A stretch of DNA of 64,000 nt from Camelus dromedarius (GCF_036321535.1 NC_087436.1:65660001-65724000); one strand, 5' to 3'. Positions 1 through 15,061 are shown, counted from the first letter of the stretch. Program-made: numbers and translations. The notes: generated by a model from the sequence alone, not told the origin.

Positions 1-3000
1 AAACAGAACCAATGAAGATGTAAGATTATTTTGCATATGTACCAACTCTTTGTTTTGCTTTTGATTGAGAAAATATTTTTATTGACTTGTGGAGAGGGTG
101 AGGACAATTACCTGCACTAAAATAGTCCTACACAATTTAAGCTGAATGAACTTTAAAAAAGAATCTTAATTTACTAGTTGGTTATATTTTAACAAAGCAG
201 AGTTACATATATTGACTATGTACATATTTATTATATGTGATGCATTTTATTTTATCAACACTGACACCAAAGACATATCAATTTTCCCAAAGACACTAAA
301 TAAGCGGTATATATCATCTATAACATGTTCCTCCTTACCTAGATATTTAAACTGAATCTGGTTATACAATATAGTTTTTCCAGATCTCAGTGCTAAAATT
401 ATTTATACATTGTAGAAATAAAACATCATCCTAGCCTTTGAAAAATAAATATGAATGAACTAAGCTGCAAGGCAAAATTTTGTAATTATTTTTTAAGACT
501 TGGTTTTATAAAATCTGACTACTCTATATTTTATTAATGTGTAGAATATATGCCAAATAATTTTGTAAATTAAGGAAAACACAGAACTATATATTTATGT
601 GGTTCTATTTTTGCAGATATGTGCAGACAAGATTATGCTGAGTAAATCTAAACTCATTCAGCTACAGTTAAAATCTGTTCAGTTAGGGCAGTGTAAGTCA
701 ATGAATTTGCAAAATGAATTAGAAACAGACACAATCATTTTAGTATTAGAGATGTGCTGAACAAACAAACAGCCAAAGAAGCAAAATAGCAAAAGGTTAG
801 TGTTCCTAATTGGATTAGTTTAGAGGGAGGCCTACAGATAGTCTAACTCATTGACATTGGATTTAATTTGATAAATACTATATCCTCCTATTGCCAACCT
901 AGCATTGTAGTCAAACTTACAAACACTATAGAAAACATTACAGAAAAGTATAAAATTCTACAATGGAGATTTTCTTTTCTATATACCTCATTCCTAAGCA
1001 TTTAACGTACTGAACGTTTTGTTTGTGTGTGGGTATATGAGGTTGGAGGCAGTGAATTTTTTTTTAAATCAGACATAGATTCCTTAAGTTGCTAATATGT
1101 GGCTACTTTCTACCCTAAAAATATTTTTTTGGATGAAAGTTCTATAAATTTTATTGAAAATAGACACTTATTCTTTCCAAAATCTCTTTAAAATTATCTT
1201 CATTGTGCACGCTTATACATATCAGTAATAACAGTAACCTCTTAGATGGGAATAATATATAAATCTATTCAACTTCTTTCCTTCATCACAGAAAACTGAT
1301 TATTTTATTTTCATTATTTCTTTCCGTTTAATCTTTTTTTATATACTATATGTAAATTTATGTCTTTAAAAGGCTATATATTTAATTCCTAGAATGTAAC
1401 ATAATGATAGATAATATTTATTGAATGCTAACTATATATTCAGGCTCTTGGTTTCATAAATATTCTATAAGTTCATTTAATAATGAATAACTCATAAATA
1501 TTCCATGTAGGAGCCAATAACAGCATAAGGATTACTCAGATGATGAAACTAAGAATTTAAATAAAATAGTTACTTTACTATGATTACATAGTTTGTAACT
1601 CATGGTGCTCAATTTCAAACCCAGACAAATAAACTAGTGAATATACTCTCAAACACCATGAAATTTTCTCTCCCACAGAAGTTTTGATGGCAGTTGAAGA
1701 CTAGGAAGTACATGAAAACGGCATTTCACTGCTCTAGCACCTTGACAAAAGGAAAACAATGACACGGTGTAATGATATAGTAATGTCTCAAATTCTTTAG
1801 AGAGACCTTTTCTCAATTCCTTCCTTCAACTTTTAACTATAAAAGTTATGTATGTTTTTCCTTGAATTGTAGGAATAAAAGCATATTTCACAGCATAAGT
1901 GACAAGAAGATTCATCAGATAATTAAACACAAATATTTTATGCTATTGGAAACCACATAATGATTGAAATTATTATTATTATTATTATTATATTATTAGC
2001 TTTGATTCTTCTTTATGTCCCCATAGGGTCAAGTGCACATTTCTAAATGTTTTTACCTAGTTATAAGAGTATGTATGGTATAATCATGGATTAACTTATT
2101 TTTCTCCTCACCTGGTATGTTACCTAGTTATAGTGACTGATATTATTTTAATAAACTTATAATGAGACGTCCATAGCAGAGTTCCAGAAGTATAATATGT
2201 TGAACACCTAACGTTTGCAAAGTGAACTCGCATACAGAATTTCTTGATAATAATAATAATATTTATGCTACTGCCATATAATAAATATTTACATACACAT
2301 CTATTATCTTATTTCCTAATAAGCATATTTTTACTTGAAAAATCAAAAGCTTTCTGGAATATATCATTGAAAAATTGAGAGCACTTACATGTATTTATCT
2401 AGCACCTTCTTGGGCAAACTATACCTATATTCTGAATTAGTGGCATATTTATCTATAAAGTAAAACAAAGAGTTGAAATAAAAATTTTAAATCAGTATTT
2501 TAGGAAAACATATACTACTCTAATGTAACTTAGCCATGTTTTAAGTGAAGCGACACTAAAATAAGGCTCTAATTTTCTTAATGATCACTAACAAAATTAA
2601 CTCTATCATTTATAGCATATAGTGAGTAATTTAAATGGTATTATATAGCATTTTGAGTAATAGTTAATTTAAGTAAATAACTGTCTCAATAAAATTATGA
2701 TTCAGGAGACAATATGATTTTAATCACATAACATCAAGTATAAAATGAAAATATATAGTTATTAAAAATATCAAAATGGGATGCATCATAACAATATTTA
2801 TGATTTCATAAAAGCTTTTCTGAGGACAAAAATCCCTTTTGTAAGGTTGAAAGTAAATGGGAACTCTCTGAAAGTCATGGTATATTTATTACAGTAGCAA
2901 TGGAAATGAACAGATGCAGTAGCTTTAAAAAAAAAAAAAGCCTCCAAAAAAAAAAATAATAAGATCAAGTGAGTAAATTCTCAGATGTGGAACAGAAATA

Positions 3001-4049
3001 AATTTGAGTGTACCATCCAAAAAGATCAAAGAAAAAGAACTCTCTAAAGTAAACAGAATGATTTTTTTTTTTTGGTTGCCATAACTTTCCTGGTAACTTG
3101 TCAGTCTTAATAAGAAAGTGTAAAAATCTCTCTGTATGACACAGAAACATTGCTCCCAAACCTGAAGGAAAGTCATATTGGGCAGAAAACAGTTTTAAAA
3201 AGAACTGAAGGAAAAATCAGTAGCTGTGGTCATATCGACTCTAGATCTAATTAAAAACTTGCCTATAATAAAGTGTTCAAACCCTAAGAAACAAGCAAAC
3301 ATATTTTCAAAGTTCAGAGATATTACATTTTTCAGAGCATTTATTAATTTGGTCAAGTGAAAGTTTCCATAAACTATGAGTTGGGTAAACTGCTCCTAGG
3401 AATATCTCAGTGCAAACAAACAAAATTCTACTCCAATAATTCAGAAATGAAACATATGCCTTGTACTAAATTGTAAGAACAACAACAACAAAAATTTATT
3501 ATAGTACCAATGGAACTAAAAATGAGTATAAATTTAGAAACTAAAGTCCTGATTACATATTTTATGTTATGTTTTACAGAAAACTGATGTGGGGATAGTA
3601 AGTATTTTGAAAAACCAGTTATACTTCATTACTCCAACGTATGTGGGAATAATATCTGACTCAAAAATATTCTGAAGTCAGGTTGTTATTAATTATAATT
3701 GTACCTAGTTTCTCAAAGATTCTAAATGGAATAAGTTCTCCTGAATTATTATTTTTACCTTCCTCTGGTCAAAATACTGATTCTAGCATTATTTACTAAT
3801 AATTTTCAAAAGCATAATATTAAAACTAAACATGCTTTCTCTTTTAGACTGATATATGCATATTACACTTTTTTAAATATTTCAGAAAATCTTCATGAAA
3901 TTGAGTAGGAACCGGCCTTTACCATAAAATTATGTATTAGTTGAGTCCAATATGATATAAATAAATTCTGGCTATGTGAAATCCATTCTCAACCATTGCA
4001 CTGACAAAAATAAAAAAAGAAAAGAAAACAAATAAAAACATGTGCTAAG

Positions 4050-7000
4050 AGTAATGCAGTAACAAGGGCACTATTACATAATGCTAGTGGCAATATGAAC
4101 TGTTATCCATTCTTTAAGTGCAATCTGTCAGTACATATGTAAGCAGTGTAAATTATGACAGGACATAATAGCTTGTGACATTCCAATACTACTGCTAGGA
4201 ACAGTAAGAAAGTTGGATAAAACATGAAAATCCTCTTGTTAAAGATATAAGAGAACTACGGAAGTAGGAAGAACGAGAAGGGCAAAGAGTTTGCATAGTG
4301 AAGAATCAAGGAAAAGTAGGCTAAACTTCTGCAAACTTTTCTTTCATGGAAATTTGCCAAATCCAGGAAATGCAAGAGGTTAAAAGAAAATGTGCTCTTT
4401 GCATGGTACAGAGCTGCTATTGAAGGACAGTAAAACTGACAGTACTTTTGCTGGTGTAGTGGTGTCAGAGTAAAGAAACTGATCACTAGATAGGTACTGA
4501 ACCCATGGCTATTTCCTCCAAAAGAATCAACCAAATTGTGAAAATATGAGGGTTAGAAGCAAATAGCTAAGGCAAAAGCCTCTATAAATAGACTAAATGT
4601 TTTACAGAGCAGCTTGTGGGAGCAAGACAGAAAATGGAGACTAGAACCTGACTGAAAAAAGCACCCCAGAAAATCATATTTCAGTTTAAATATATAATCC
4701 TAGACACAAGATAATGGCATGTAAACTAGAAGAGAGCATTACTCAAAGTATAATCTAAATGACATATCTGTATTCCTGATTAGTTTAAGATGATAGCTAC
4801 TCAATAAATACAAGGGTAAATCCACTCTGAAAGAAAATACTGTCACTTAATCTCTGCAAAATTTGTATACACAAAGTCTGTCACTCAAGAAAAAAGGATA
4901 AGCAATGCAAACAAGATTAAAAAGTAAGAAAAAAACTCTTAAAAATGACTACAGACTAGACTGAAAAGGCATCATGTAAACTTTTCTTACAATGCTTATA
5001 AAAATGGTATGTATATCAAGCAGAAAGCCTGCAATCCCACCCTCAAGATGTGCATTTGAGCTACAAATATAAAGTCATATCGTAATGCTATTATAATTAC
5101 TCAGTGTGCTATTTGCCAGTAGACTGAAAGTTTTTCCAGTGGAAGACATCAAATTACAACAACAGATCCATCCAGTAATGACCACACCTGGTGTATGGTA
5201 AGTGTGAAACCTCAGTAGAGTCAGCAATTGTTTATTTTTCACTTATTATTCAATTATTTGTTAAATTTTATTTTCAGGAAATAGTCAAATGGATATTTGT
5301 ATATAAACAATGAATATGCTCACTTGCTATATAAAAATAATTTCTGACTGATTAAATATCAAAGTATGAATGATGATAATTTGCTTCTAGAAGTATACAC
5401 AGAAAATATTCTTATACTCTTAGGATGGCTATATATTCTTTTAGAAGGTCCAAGTAGTGCTAACCAAAGCAGCAAATAATAACTAGGGCAAAATTAATAT
5501 TATGATTTTCTACTTTTTAAGAGATACCACTAAATAAATGAAAAATCAGAGTGAATAATATTTGCAATACCAACATTTGAAAAAATACTCAAATTCTAAA
5601 CAACTTCTACAAATTTCTAAGAAAATAACACAATAAATGAGCAAAATACTTCCACACACACTTCAAAAAGAAGATAAACAATCATTTATTTCATGTGAGA
5701 CATTACTATGTAGTTTTTAGAAGGGCTAAAAGGAAAGCAAATGAACAATCATAAATATTATTAAGGATCTGCAGAAATTAGAACTTTCCTATAGACTTTT
5801 GAGAGAGTAAATTTAATCAATCTGTTTTGAAAACTGACCATATCTACAAAAAACTGACCATAGCCAAATACACAGCCCAGGAATTTCCCTTCTTGTTATA
5901 TGCTAAATTTAAAGTGTTCATACATTAACCAAAAGACAAGAAAAACAAAGTTCATGGTAGCACTATTATAATAGCAAAACCCCAGGTGCCCATGTACGTC
6001 TTATGGATAAATCAATTTTGCAATAATGATATACTAGAATAATATAAATTAGTGAAAATGAACATGATACCACTATACAAGAAATATGGGTGAATGTCTC
6101 TAATAAAAAACAGACACACAACTCACAAACAATAAGCAGACACAGATGCACATTTACTATGAGTCCACTTACATAATGTTCATAAAACATGCATAACTAC
6201 ACTGCAATGCTAAATGTCTGAAAACTGGTTAACTTTGTGGGGTTTAATGCGTGGTAGAGCCATGAGAAATCATCAGAATTGCTTATAATGTTCTTTCTCT
6301 TGATTTGTGTGATGATACCTAAAGTGTTTATTTTATGGAAATTTATTAAGCTATATGATTATATTTTGTTTCCATTTATCAGCAAATGCTACATGTCAAT
6401 AAAATTTTACTAAAATAACGCGTGTCTTTCAAATCAACAATCCAATTTCTAGAAGTCATTTCTAATTACTTCCCCAAAAATCACCTGTGCTTTATTTCCA
6501 ACAGACCCACTCAACAAGAAATACTAAAGGTAATTATGAAGGCAGAAGGGAAGTGATAACAGATGTTAATATGTATCAGCACAAGGAAATAAAAAACACT
6601 GGAAATAGTAAGTGCATAGACAACTACACAGATTTCCCTTCTGATAATTTAAATTTCTTCAAAATACAGCTGATTGTTTAAACAGGAATCAGTAATAATT
6701 GTTAAAACAATAATATTACAGTGTAGTTCACTGCATATGTGTAAGTAAAATGTATGATACCAATAGCACAAAGAAGGGGGAAATGAAAGCATACTATTGT
6801 AAGGTTCTTATCTGTATGTGAAGTAGTATAAGATAATTTACTAGTAGACTGAGAGACAAGCTAAAGATGTATATTTCCAACTGTAAACCAACAACTAATA
6901 CAACAAATAGTTATAATAAGTCTGTGGATGTGTTAGAAAGGAATAAAAGATGTTCAATTCATTCATAGAAGAAAAAAGGAAAAATGCAAAAATTAACAGA

Positions 7001-7755
7001 TAATAAAAATATAAAATAGTTTTAATCATAACCAAAACAATAATCTATTAAATGTAAATGACTGAAACACCCCAATTAGAAGTTAGACATTATTAGACTA
7101 GATGAAAAACAATATTCCAACTATATGTCTACTAAAACACTGTAAGTATGAAAACACAAATATAGTAAAAATAAAAGCTTGGTAAAAAGATTTACCATGC
7201 TAAAATTAACAAAACAAAGCTGAAATGGCTAGATTAATATCAGATGCATTATATTTTAGAGAGAAAATATTACCAGGGATAAAGAAGTTTGCTGTATAAT
7301 GATAAAGGGTTCAATTTATTAACAGGATATAATAATTCTAAACATATGCCTGTAACAAGAAAGCCTTAAAATAGATGAAGTGAATGAAAAAATTATGGGT
7401 TATTCATACAATAAAATACTACCCAGTAATAAAAAGGAATACACTACTGATACCTTCAACAACATGTATTCATCTCAAAGTAAGCTTGTAAGAAACTAAT
7501 TCTTTAAAAAGTCTATTCTGTTTACAGGAAATTCTAGAAAAAGCAAACTAATCTTTCAAGACAGAAAACACATTATGTGTTGTCATTGGAAAGTGAGAGG
7601 GGCATGGGAAAATTCTGAAATTTGAATGATATGTTTACTATCTTAATTGTAATGATAATTTGATGGGTAAATATGTCAATACTATTAAGCTATACACTTG
7701 AAATTAGTATAGTTTATTGTTTGTCAATTATACCTCCTCAAACTGTTTTAAAAAG
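4050..7755 (+). mobile_element. Cluster of ancient L1 (L1M-type) fragments
   Basis: Decayed ORF2 3' end and UTR at ~5250-6410. L1M inter-ORF/EN fragment and 3' UTR at ~6490-7755. Confidence 0.6.
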
Positions 7756-10700
7756 TCAGCCATCTGCACTTTAAAGTACAAGAACATTCATTACTACATT
7801 GTTACTAGCAACAAAAATAAATCAGTAAATAAAACTACCCGAGTGACCATCAACTGGGAAATATTTGAGTAAACTCTTGTTTCAAGCAAATCATTATGTA
7901 TTATGTAGCATCTGAGTGAATGAGCTAGATATTTTCTCTTTTAAGTAAGAAAAATCAATATGTAGATATAGCATAAAGTGTGACCTATTTTCTTAAATGT
8001 CAAAAATCAATTTATGTGTTAATATATTCTGTTTATGATTATAAGAATACATAGAAAGCTATGGAAGTATATACATCAGGCTATTAACAACTGCTGCCTT
8101 GTGGCTGATGAGCAAATGACAATCCAACAAAAAATCAAAGAAAAAGAATTACCTGGAAAGAAAATTGAACTGTTTATTGGTTCTGTCTCCTACTGCTTCT
8201 AACATCAATAGGAGTTTAAAAGTTAATTTTTCATATTAACTTATTTGTTGTTCCAAGTGTACTTCAGGGATTCTCCAAAGAAGCTATATCTGTCCTATAT
8301 TTAGGTTTTACCTAGAACATATAAGTCTTAGAAATTTTCAGTCCACACACTTGTGCCAAGTCTCACACTGATAGTCTCATCACATTTATAATCTAGTACC
8401 TTTTGATTTGGAAAGAAAATCTACTTGTTAAAAATAGCTCCATGCTTTGCCTACTGTAGAACGTCAATGTTTTCCCATCACCACTTTCACTCTCTTCCCT
8501 TTTCACTCACCCACATGTTCACACAAACGTATATTACACACGCAGACTTCAGAAAATGTCTCTTCAGTCTAGTGATGTTTTTACTCTGTAAATGAACACT
8601 TTTGATTTTTAGTATTTTCAAAAGAAGAATTTTTTCTTTCAAACTAAAATTGTTAAGGACATAATGAGAGACAGAAAATTTTGGAATTTAAACACAAACT
8701 TATCTGACACTCATATTTCAAATAACACTTATAAAATGTTCAATAAACAGAAGCTAAAATCCCTGACATTTCCTTCTATTTTTTCTGCCTGCCACTTGTA
8801 GTAGAGAATTGTTATGTCCATAATAGAAAATGGAGGAAACTATTTTATTTTTGGCAACAAAATGTACTGTTCAAATTAAAATTTCTTGCCCAACATGTCT
8901 TTTTCAATGATAGATATGATGAATTAATGGCATTAAAGGAACTTACATTTATAACACCATTAAACTTAAATACATGTATAAGTAAATAAAAATACACTTT
9001 AATATGTTTAATCTATATTTTTATACAATGTACATATTATTATACATATATTTATGGTGCTTACTCATTCTTTCACTTCCCCAGCAAATTTATCTCTTCT
9101 ATTAAAACTTTTTTCTCCTTTTCTTCTCTGATAATCCTTCTACAAATTCTGTACTCTGAAGAAGATTTCAGTGTATTTCCCAACATCTTCAAACACGAAG
9201 AAAAAATATTTTATGTATTCAAATAAAGTTGTTATAAATTTGACATGTCAAGTATTTTTGGAAATTTTGCAGTAATCATGAGTGATTTAACTTATGCATT
9301 AGTCACAATTTCCATGGAGACTTTTTAAATCCCTCAGTGTATGCCACTAGTGGCAATGCTTATATAAGATCAGACATGAGTCAGGCAAAGCTATGAAGAG
9401 CATTGAGAGATTTTTAAACTAAAGTATCTTTAAGTATATAGTTTCTGTCATAAAAGTGGTGTTTATACCACATCACCTTTATTCAATTTAAGGTTTATAA
9501 GGTGGCACAAAACTACTAGTCACCACAATATTATTACTAGCACAAATTAATTCCAAATCAAAAATTTTAACTGATCTCAAAATTTCCTCATATTGAAAAA
9601 AATAGGGAACATAATTTAAGAATCTCACTTGCATCTGCATTTCTGAAAATTAGATGTCTTAAAGTGTTGCTATGTAATTTTCTAAAAATATTTTAGTATT
9701 CTCCCTAATAATTGGTGCAATTCATTGTGCACATTAATTTTCAAAGAAATGTAAACAAAAGCTATCATCATTATGATTGTTCTAATGACATTAATTTTCT
9801 ATTTGTTTAAAAAATACAGAAGTTTAATTTCACATGCTATTTTAAATTCTGACAAAATGCACATAATTTTCATTAAGGAAAGAAAACACAGGATATCACT
9901 CGTATGCCTGCCTTATGGATAAACGCAAGTAACTTCTGCGGATGAGAGAGGAAGTTTGCAAGTACGTCTTATAACTTTCTCAATATGAAGAGTTGCTAGT
10001 CTGCTGGAAAATGTTCTCCAGCCTACCCTACAATGATAAATGGCAAAGTGATGGTGCATACAATGGCAGGATGATCAGTAGCCTGAAGAAGCATAGGAAT
10101 GTAGTAGGTCATCATTTCCATTTTTATTAGAATTATTTTTTTCCTCAGAGCATCATTCCTTTCAGTATTAACCAACTGCTTTTGATCTCTATGTCCTTGA
10201 GCAGATATAAGTTCCATACCACCCAGTGCTTCTTTGTGAACTTTTACAAAATTTCACCCAGTAATATTTTAAAGTGCTACCACACTTTTTTCCCTAAAAT
10301 GACATTTACAAAGACCATAATCTCTCTTTAAAATGCATAATGCATTATGGGTCATATTCAAATAGACATATTTGAATATTATGAAATAAAAACATACCAG
10401 AGAATGTCATCTCATAATTCCTAGTCTATCCTATATATCTTATTGATATATTTATTGTTTACTCATTAATTCATCTATTCATTAATTCATTGGATGTAAG
10501 GCATCTAACATGAAGTAATTACTTTGGAAAAAATAATTCATAATCCGACACATAACGAATGGCAATATGGCAAACAGGAATTATGTTTCCCTCTGTTTAC
10601 TATATTCTTTAACTCCTGGAAACCATTTATTTATTTATCTACGATCATAGAGTTAATACATACACCTAATTAAAACTAGGTCATGTAGATAAATAACATT

Positions 10701-10879
10701 TGACAAATTTCTGACATTGTATTTTCTGAACCATAAAATGTGTATTATAATACTTAATGACATGAATGTTGAAAAGATTAAATGAGCTTATGTATTTAAA
10801 GTGCCTAGCATTTTTTGAATTTCCAGGGAATCCACTGACCACTGGTCACATCCACAACCACCCAAATTGCCTCATCTGT

Positions 10880-11482
10880 AAAGCTACAAAAACATTAATT
10901 CAAAAAGATAATGTAATCCAATGTTCAGAGTAGCATTATTTATAATTGACAAGACATGTAAGCAGCCTAACTGTCCATCAACAGATGAATGGATAAAAAA
11001 GATGTGATATATATATATACACACACATATACATACAATGGAATAGTACTTAGCCATAAAAAATGAAATTTTGCCATTTGCAGAAACATGGAAAGACTTG
11101 GAGGGTATTATACTAAGTGAAATAAGTCAGACAGAGAAAGAATACTGTATGATATCACTTACATGTGAAATCTAAAAAAGACAACCAACTGGTGAATATA
11201 ACAAAAAGCAAACAGATTCATAGATACAGAGAACAAACTAGTGGTTACCAATGGAAAGAGTGAAGTGGGAGGGACAAGATAGGAGTAGGGGATTAAGAGG
11301 TACAATCTACTATGGATAAAATAAGTATGTTAAAAGGATATACTATGCAACACACAAAATACAGCCAATATCTAATAATAACTATAAATGAAGTATATAA
11401 CCATTAAAAATTGTGACTCATTATGTTGTACACCTGTAACTTATATAATATTGTACATCAACTACATTTCAATTTAAAAAAA
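10880..11482 (+). mobile_element. L1 3' end
   Basis: TGTCCATCAACAGATGAATGGATAAA, TTGCCATTTGCAG, 3' UTR ending in an A tail. Confidence 0.9.
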
Positions 11483-12423
11483 GCTGTACTAAAATTGCCT
11501 TACAGGGATAAAAACTGAATATGATTGTATATGGGTAGATGATATTCAGACTAAAAACTGCTAAATGAATGCTGGTAATTGTTATTCCAAGAAATGGCCT
11601 AAATGGTAAATATCGTTAACTTCATTTTCACTTTCATTTATAGAATTCTTCAAACTTCAAGTAGGACAATTGCCTACTGCTGGTAGCTTTCTATATTAAT
11701 TAGAACCAAAAGATCAATAATATTGTAAATACGTGCCATGAATTTGTTGCTTTTTAATTGTCATTTAACCTAATTTTAAGCTTAGTATTAGATTCCAATA
11801 GCATTAGATTCTAATAATTCTTAAATCATATTTGATTGTTTTAGGGTAATTGCTTACAGTATATAAATGAACTGTCCTACCATTTGTTCAAATTTTCAAC
11901 CTCCTTTGCGACAGTAAGTTCTTTTATAATGATATATTTAGCCGAGATCTTTTGATAGTAAATTTCTTTATTAACCATATACTTTCTTAATACCTTTATC
12001 TACCCAAGGTATTACTGTTCCCGAATATGTCTATAATAAAGGAAAGACAATACCATCTCTTGACAAAAGAATATTCTCAGAATGCCTGGCATAGCCTCAT
12101 CAGTAAGGTCAACAAAAAACAAGGTTATTTCAGTAATTATGTACCTTATATTTTTTCTCAGAGGATCTGGGATGCACTTGCCTTACACTGTTTTCCACTT
12201 TATATTAATATATGGTTAGGTTCTAATGTGCTTTCTATTTTTCATAACATATTAGACTTAATTTTAAAGTGTGCTCTGATTTGTTCACATATTACAATAT
12301 TTTAAATAAAGTTTTGAGCTAAAGACTTTCCTTGATTTCCCTTTTTGGTTTTTTCAACATGCTGTTGGTGAGATAAATAGAAATAAACAGCAAATTAAAA
12401 ATGTAAGAATTTATATGATATAT

Positions 12424-12427
<4 letters not shown>

Positions 12428-12461
<34 letters not shown>

Positions 12462-12478
12462 CACATACATACATACAC
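12428..12478. repeat. (TA)n(TACA)n microsatellite
   Basis: Read directly from the sequence. Confidence 0.9.
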
Positions 12479-13060
12479 TGTCCTAAGACATCAAACATGG
12501 AAAGAGTTCAAACATGAAAGTTTCTATAACATATAAGAAAAATATTTTACAATATGGAATAAAGTATACTGAATACTGTCTAAAGATGAATTATGCATGA
12601 TCATACTTGAAATAGCTATGTCACCCTGTGGTTAAGATATAATACTTTCTGATTCAGATGCACTGACTCTATCTAACCTATATCATTTATTAAACTCAAT
12701 GCACCACATATTGAAATAGCTGTATCTCCAATAAATAAGACATGTAATCTATTCAATCAGTGGTACTTTGTCTCTAATGTATCATGAAAAACATACTCTC
12801 TTTGACAACATTCAAGGGTAAAATGCACATCTTGGAGCTCATAATAACCCAAAATTAAAAAATACTGTCCATGATTTGAAATCTAAAGATATCATATTTA
12901 ATTGATTGCTATGCTTCTGACTAAACATACAGACCAATTTTCAAAATCTGGTATATTAATATGTAGAAAAAATAAGTTATGAAGTTTGTGTTTTTCACAT
13001 ATTTATCTAAAAATGTATAAATATATACAATAGCACAAACCTAAAATTTTATATAATATT

Positions 13061-15061
13061 TTATCAGTCAAGTTTCTCCAGAAACACAGAACCAATAGAA
13101 TATTTATAATGAGATTTATCTGAAGGCACTGACACAATTTTGAGACCTAGCAAGTCTGAAACTACAGGCTAGGACAGCATGCTAGAAAATTCTCTAGTAG
13201 GAGCTGATGCTGCAGTTTTTTCTTCTTCCATTTTTTTACTTTGGAAAAATATACCATATACATTTTCATACTTACAAGGTGTTTGTTCTCTCACACCTTG
13301 GTCCCCTTACAGAGCCTGGTACCTTCAGACCCTCATCTCCTAACAGGGTGTCCTAGCAGGTTTTAAGTGTGTATTTCAGCAGCATGACATACATGTTCAC
13401 TATATAGATTTTAATTTCGTATATCAGAATTTCTTAAAATGGAATTCTCAAAAGTATCTGCTAAGTATCAAAATAATTTGTTTTTCCATTAAAAAATAAT
13501 AGTGCATTACTCAAGATTAAGAATCATGATTCTTGGCAATAAATTAATTTGACAACATATAATTTTTCTCTCAAAATAAATTAATATTTCTTTCATATAA
13601 TGAGAATGATATATAGTCTTCTCTTTCCCCTCTTTTATCTGGAAATGCAGAACAAAATTCAATGTTTAACTGTGATAACCATTTTCCCTCTTCATGATGT
13701 AATTAATCGCCCATTTATGTCTTTACCTTCACTTAATCCTTAACTGTCCTATTTTACATGCTTTATATTGTACCTTGCTTCAAACACTTTTCACATAGTA
13801 CTATGTAGGTTTTGAATGAGTGCTAAAAATTTTGGCTCAAAGTAGTAAATTGCTAACCAAATAAATTATAGCTGAGTTGAACGGAAATTACAGGAACTCC
13901 TTCCTTCAGTAATAGCAACTTTTTAAAGTACTTACAATGTGCCAGGGCGTTGCGCTGATCAATTTACTGTAAATTTTTGTAAAACTCTACAGCATAGGTA
14001 GTATTATTACCCCTCAACTTACAGAAATTCAAAGAAACAAAGAATCTTCCACAGTGCCATGAAAAGGTCCTGAGGACTCAAATCTGGCTAAATTCAAGCT
14101 CAAATTCCCAACCATAATGCATATGGCATCCCAAGCTTCACATTCTACTTTGCATTATTGGCAGTTTTTCTGAGATTCTTTGTGGGAAAATGTTCACTGT
14201 TGCATCCAAAGAAGCAGAAACAGAACTCTGTCTTCTAATAAACTTTTGACTCTTCCATTGAGTCTCCTTTCTCATTCACCCTCTTAGTGGAGTCCTAGCC
14301 CATCCTCTAACCCTGGCTCCCCTCGGACCCTGGTTGCTCAACACAGCCCCTCCCTTTCCCTCATACCCGGGTAACCACAGCAGCTGGTTCCCCCATAGGT
14401 AATCTTCTAGCAGGGCTCTAACTCCTCAGACTAGAGATCTCTGCAGAGCCCCACTCCCTCAGGCACTCATCCCCCAGCAGAACCCTCAGACTCCACTTTC
14501 CCAGCAAAGTTGTGATTTTTGTACCCCAGCAAACAGCAATATCCCTGAGCAAACTTCCACAGAGACTTTTCCTTACAAAGGTCCAATCCCAGCTGCTAAG
14601 TAGGGGGACCTCTACCTTTCCCCTTCCCAACTTTCTCCCAGAATCCTGTTCTCCCCCGACCCCCACTATTCTCCTTTCTGCTTCTTATCCACTCTCCTCA
14701 ACATCCCCCACCATCTTATGGCATAGTTTCAGTTCCCTGACTCCTCTCAAAACTCACCCAACATCCACAGAGTTGCCAAATGCTCTTTGCTTTACTTCTC
14801 CCTTTCTGCTGAGGCAGTCTTGAGGAAGAATTTCTTCTTCCTCAGGGAAGTCTCAATTTTGCTCCTAAAACCTTTCACCTGATGAGGCCCACCCACATTT
14901 CCTTTACTTAGCGTCAACTGATTGTAGATGTTAACAACGTGGACTTTAACACATCAACCATGTGTATTATAAACCATACCTTCACAGCAACACTTAGATT
15001 ACTGTTTAACTGAACTGGTTACTATAGCCTAGCCAAGGTGACACATAAACCTAATCATCAA
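13061..15061 (-). mobile_element. MLT2 (ERV-L) LTR split into 13061-13219 and 14814-15061 by a 1.6-kb insertion
   Basis: Left half ends GAGCTGATGCTGCAGT. Right half resumes GCAGTCTTGAG...GATGAGGCCCACCCACATT...CCTAGCCAAGGTGACACATAAA, contiguous in the MLT2 consensus as I recall it. Confidence 0.8.
13220..14813 (-). other. Inserted non-TE sequence, probable L1-mediated retrocopy of a transcript
   Basis: Flanked by GCAGTTTT / GCAGTCTT duplication ending at an L1-EN-like TCTT/GA site. T-rich left end. Contains a MIR fragment and a G-rich (minus) 5' part. Confidence 0.6.
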
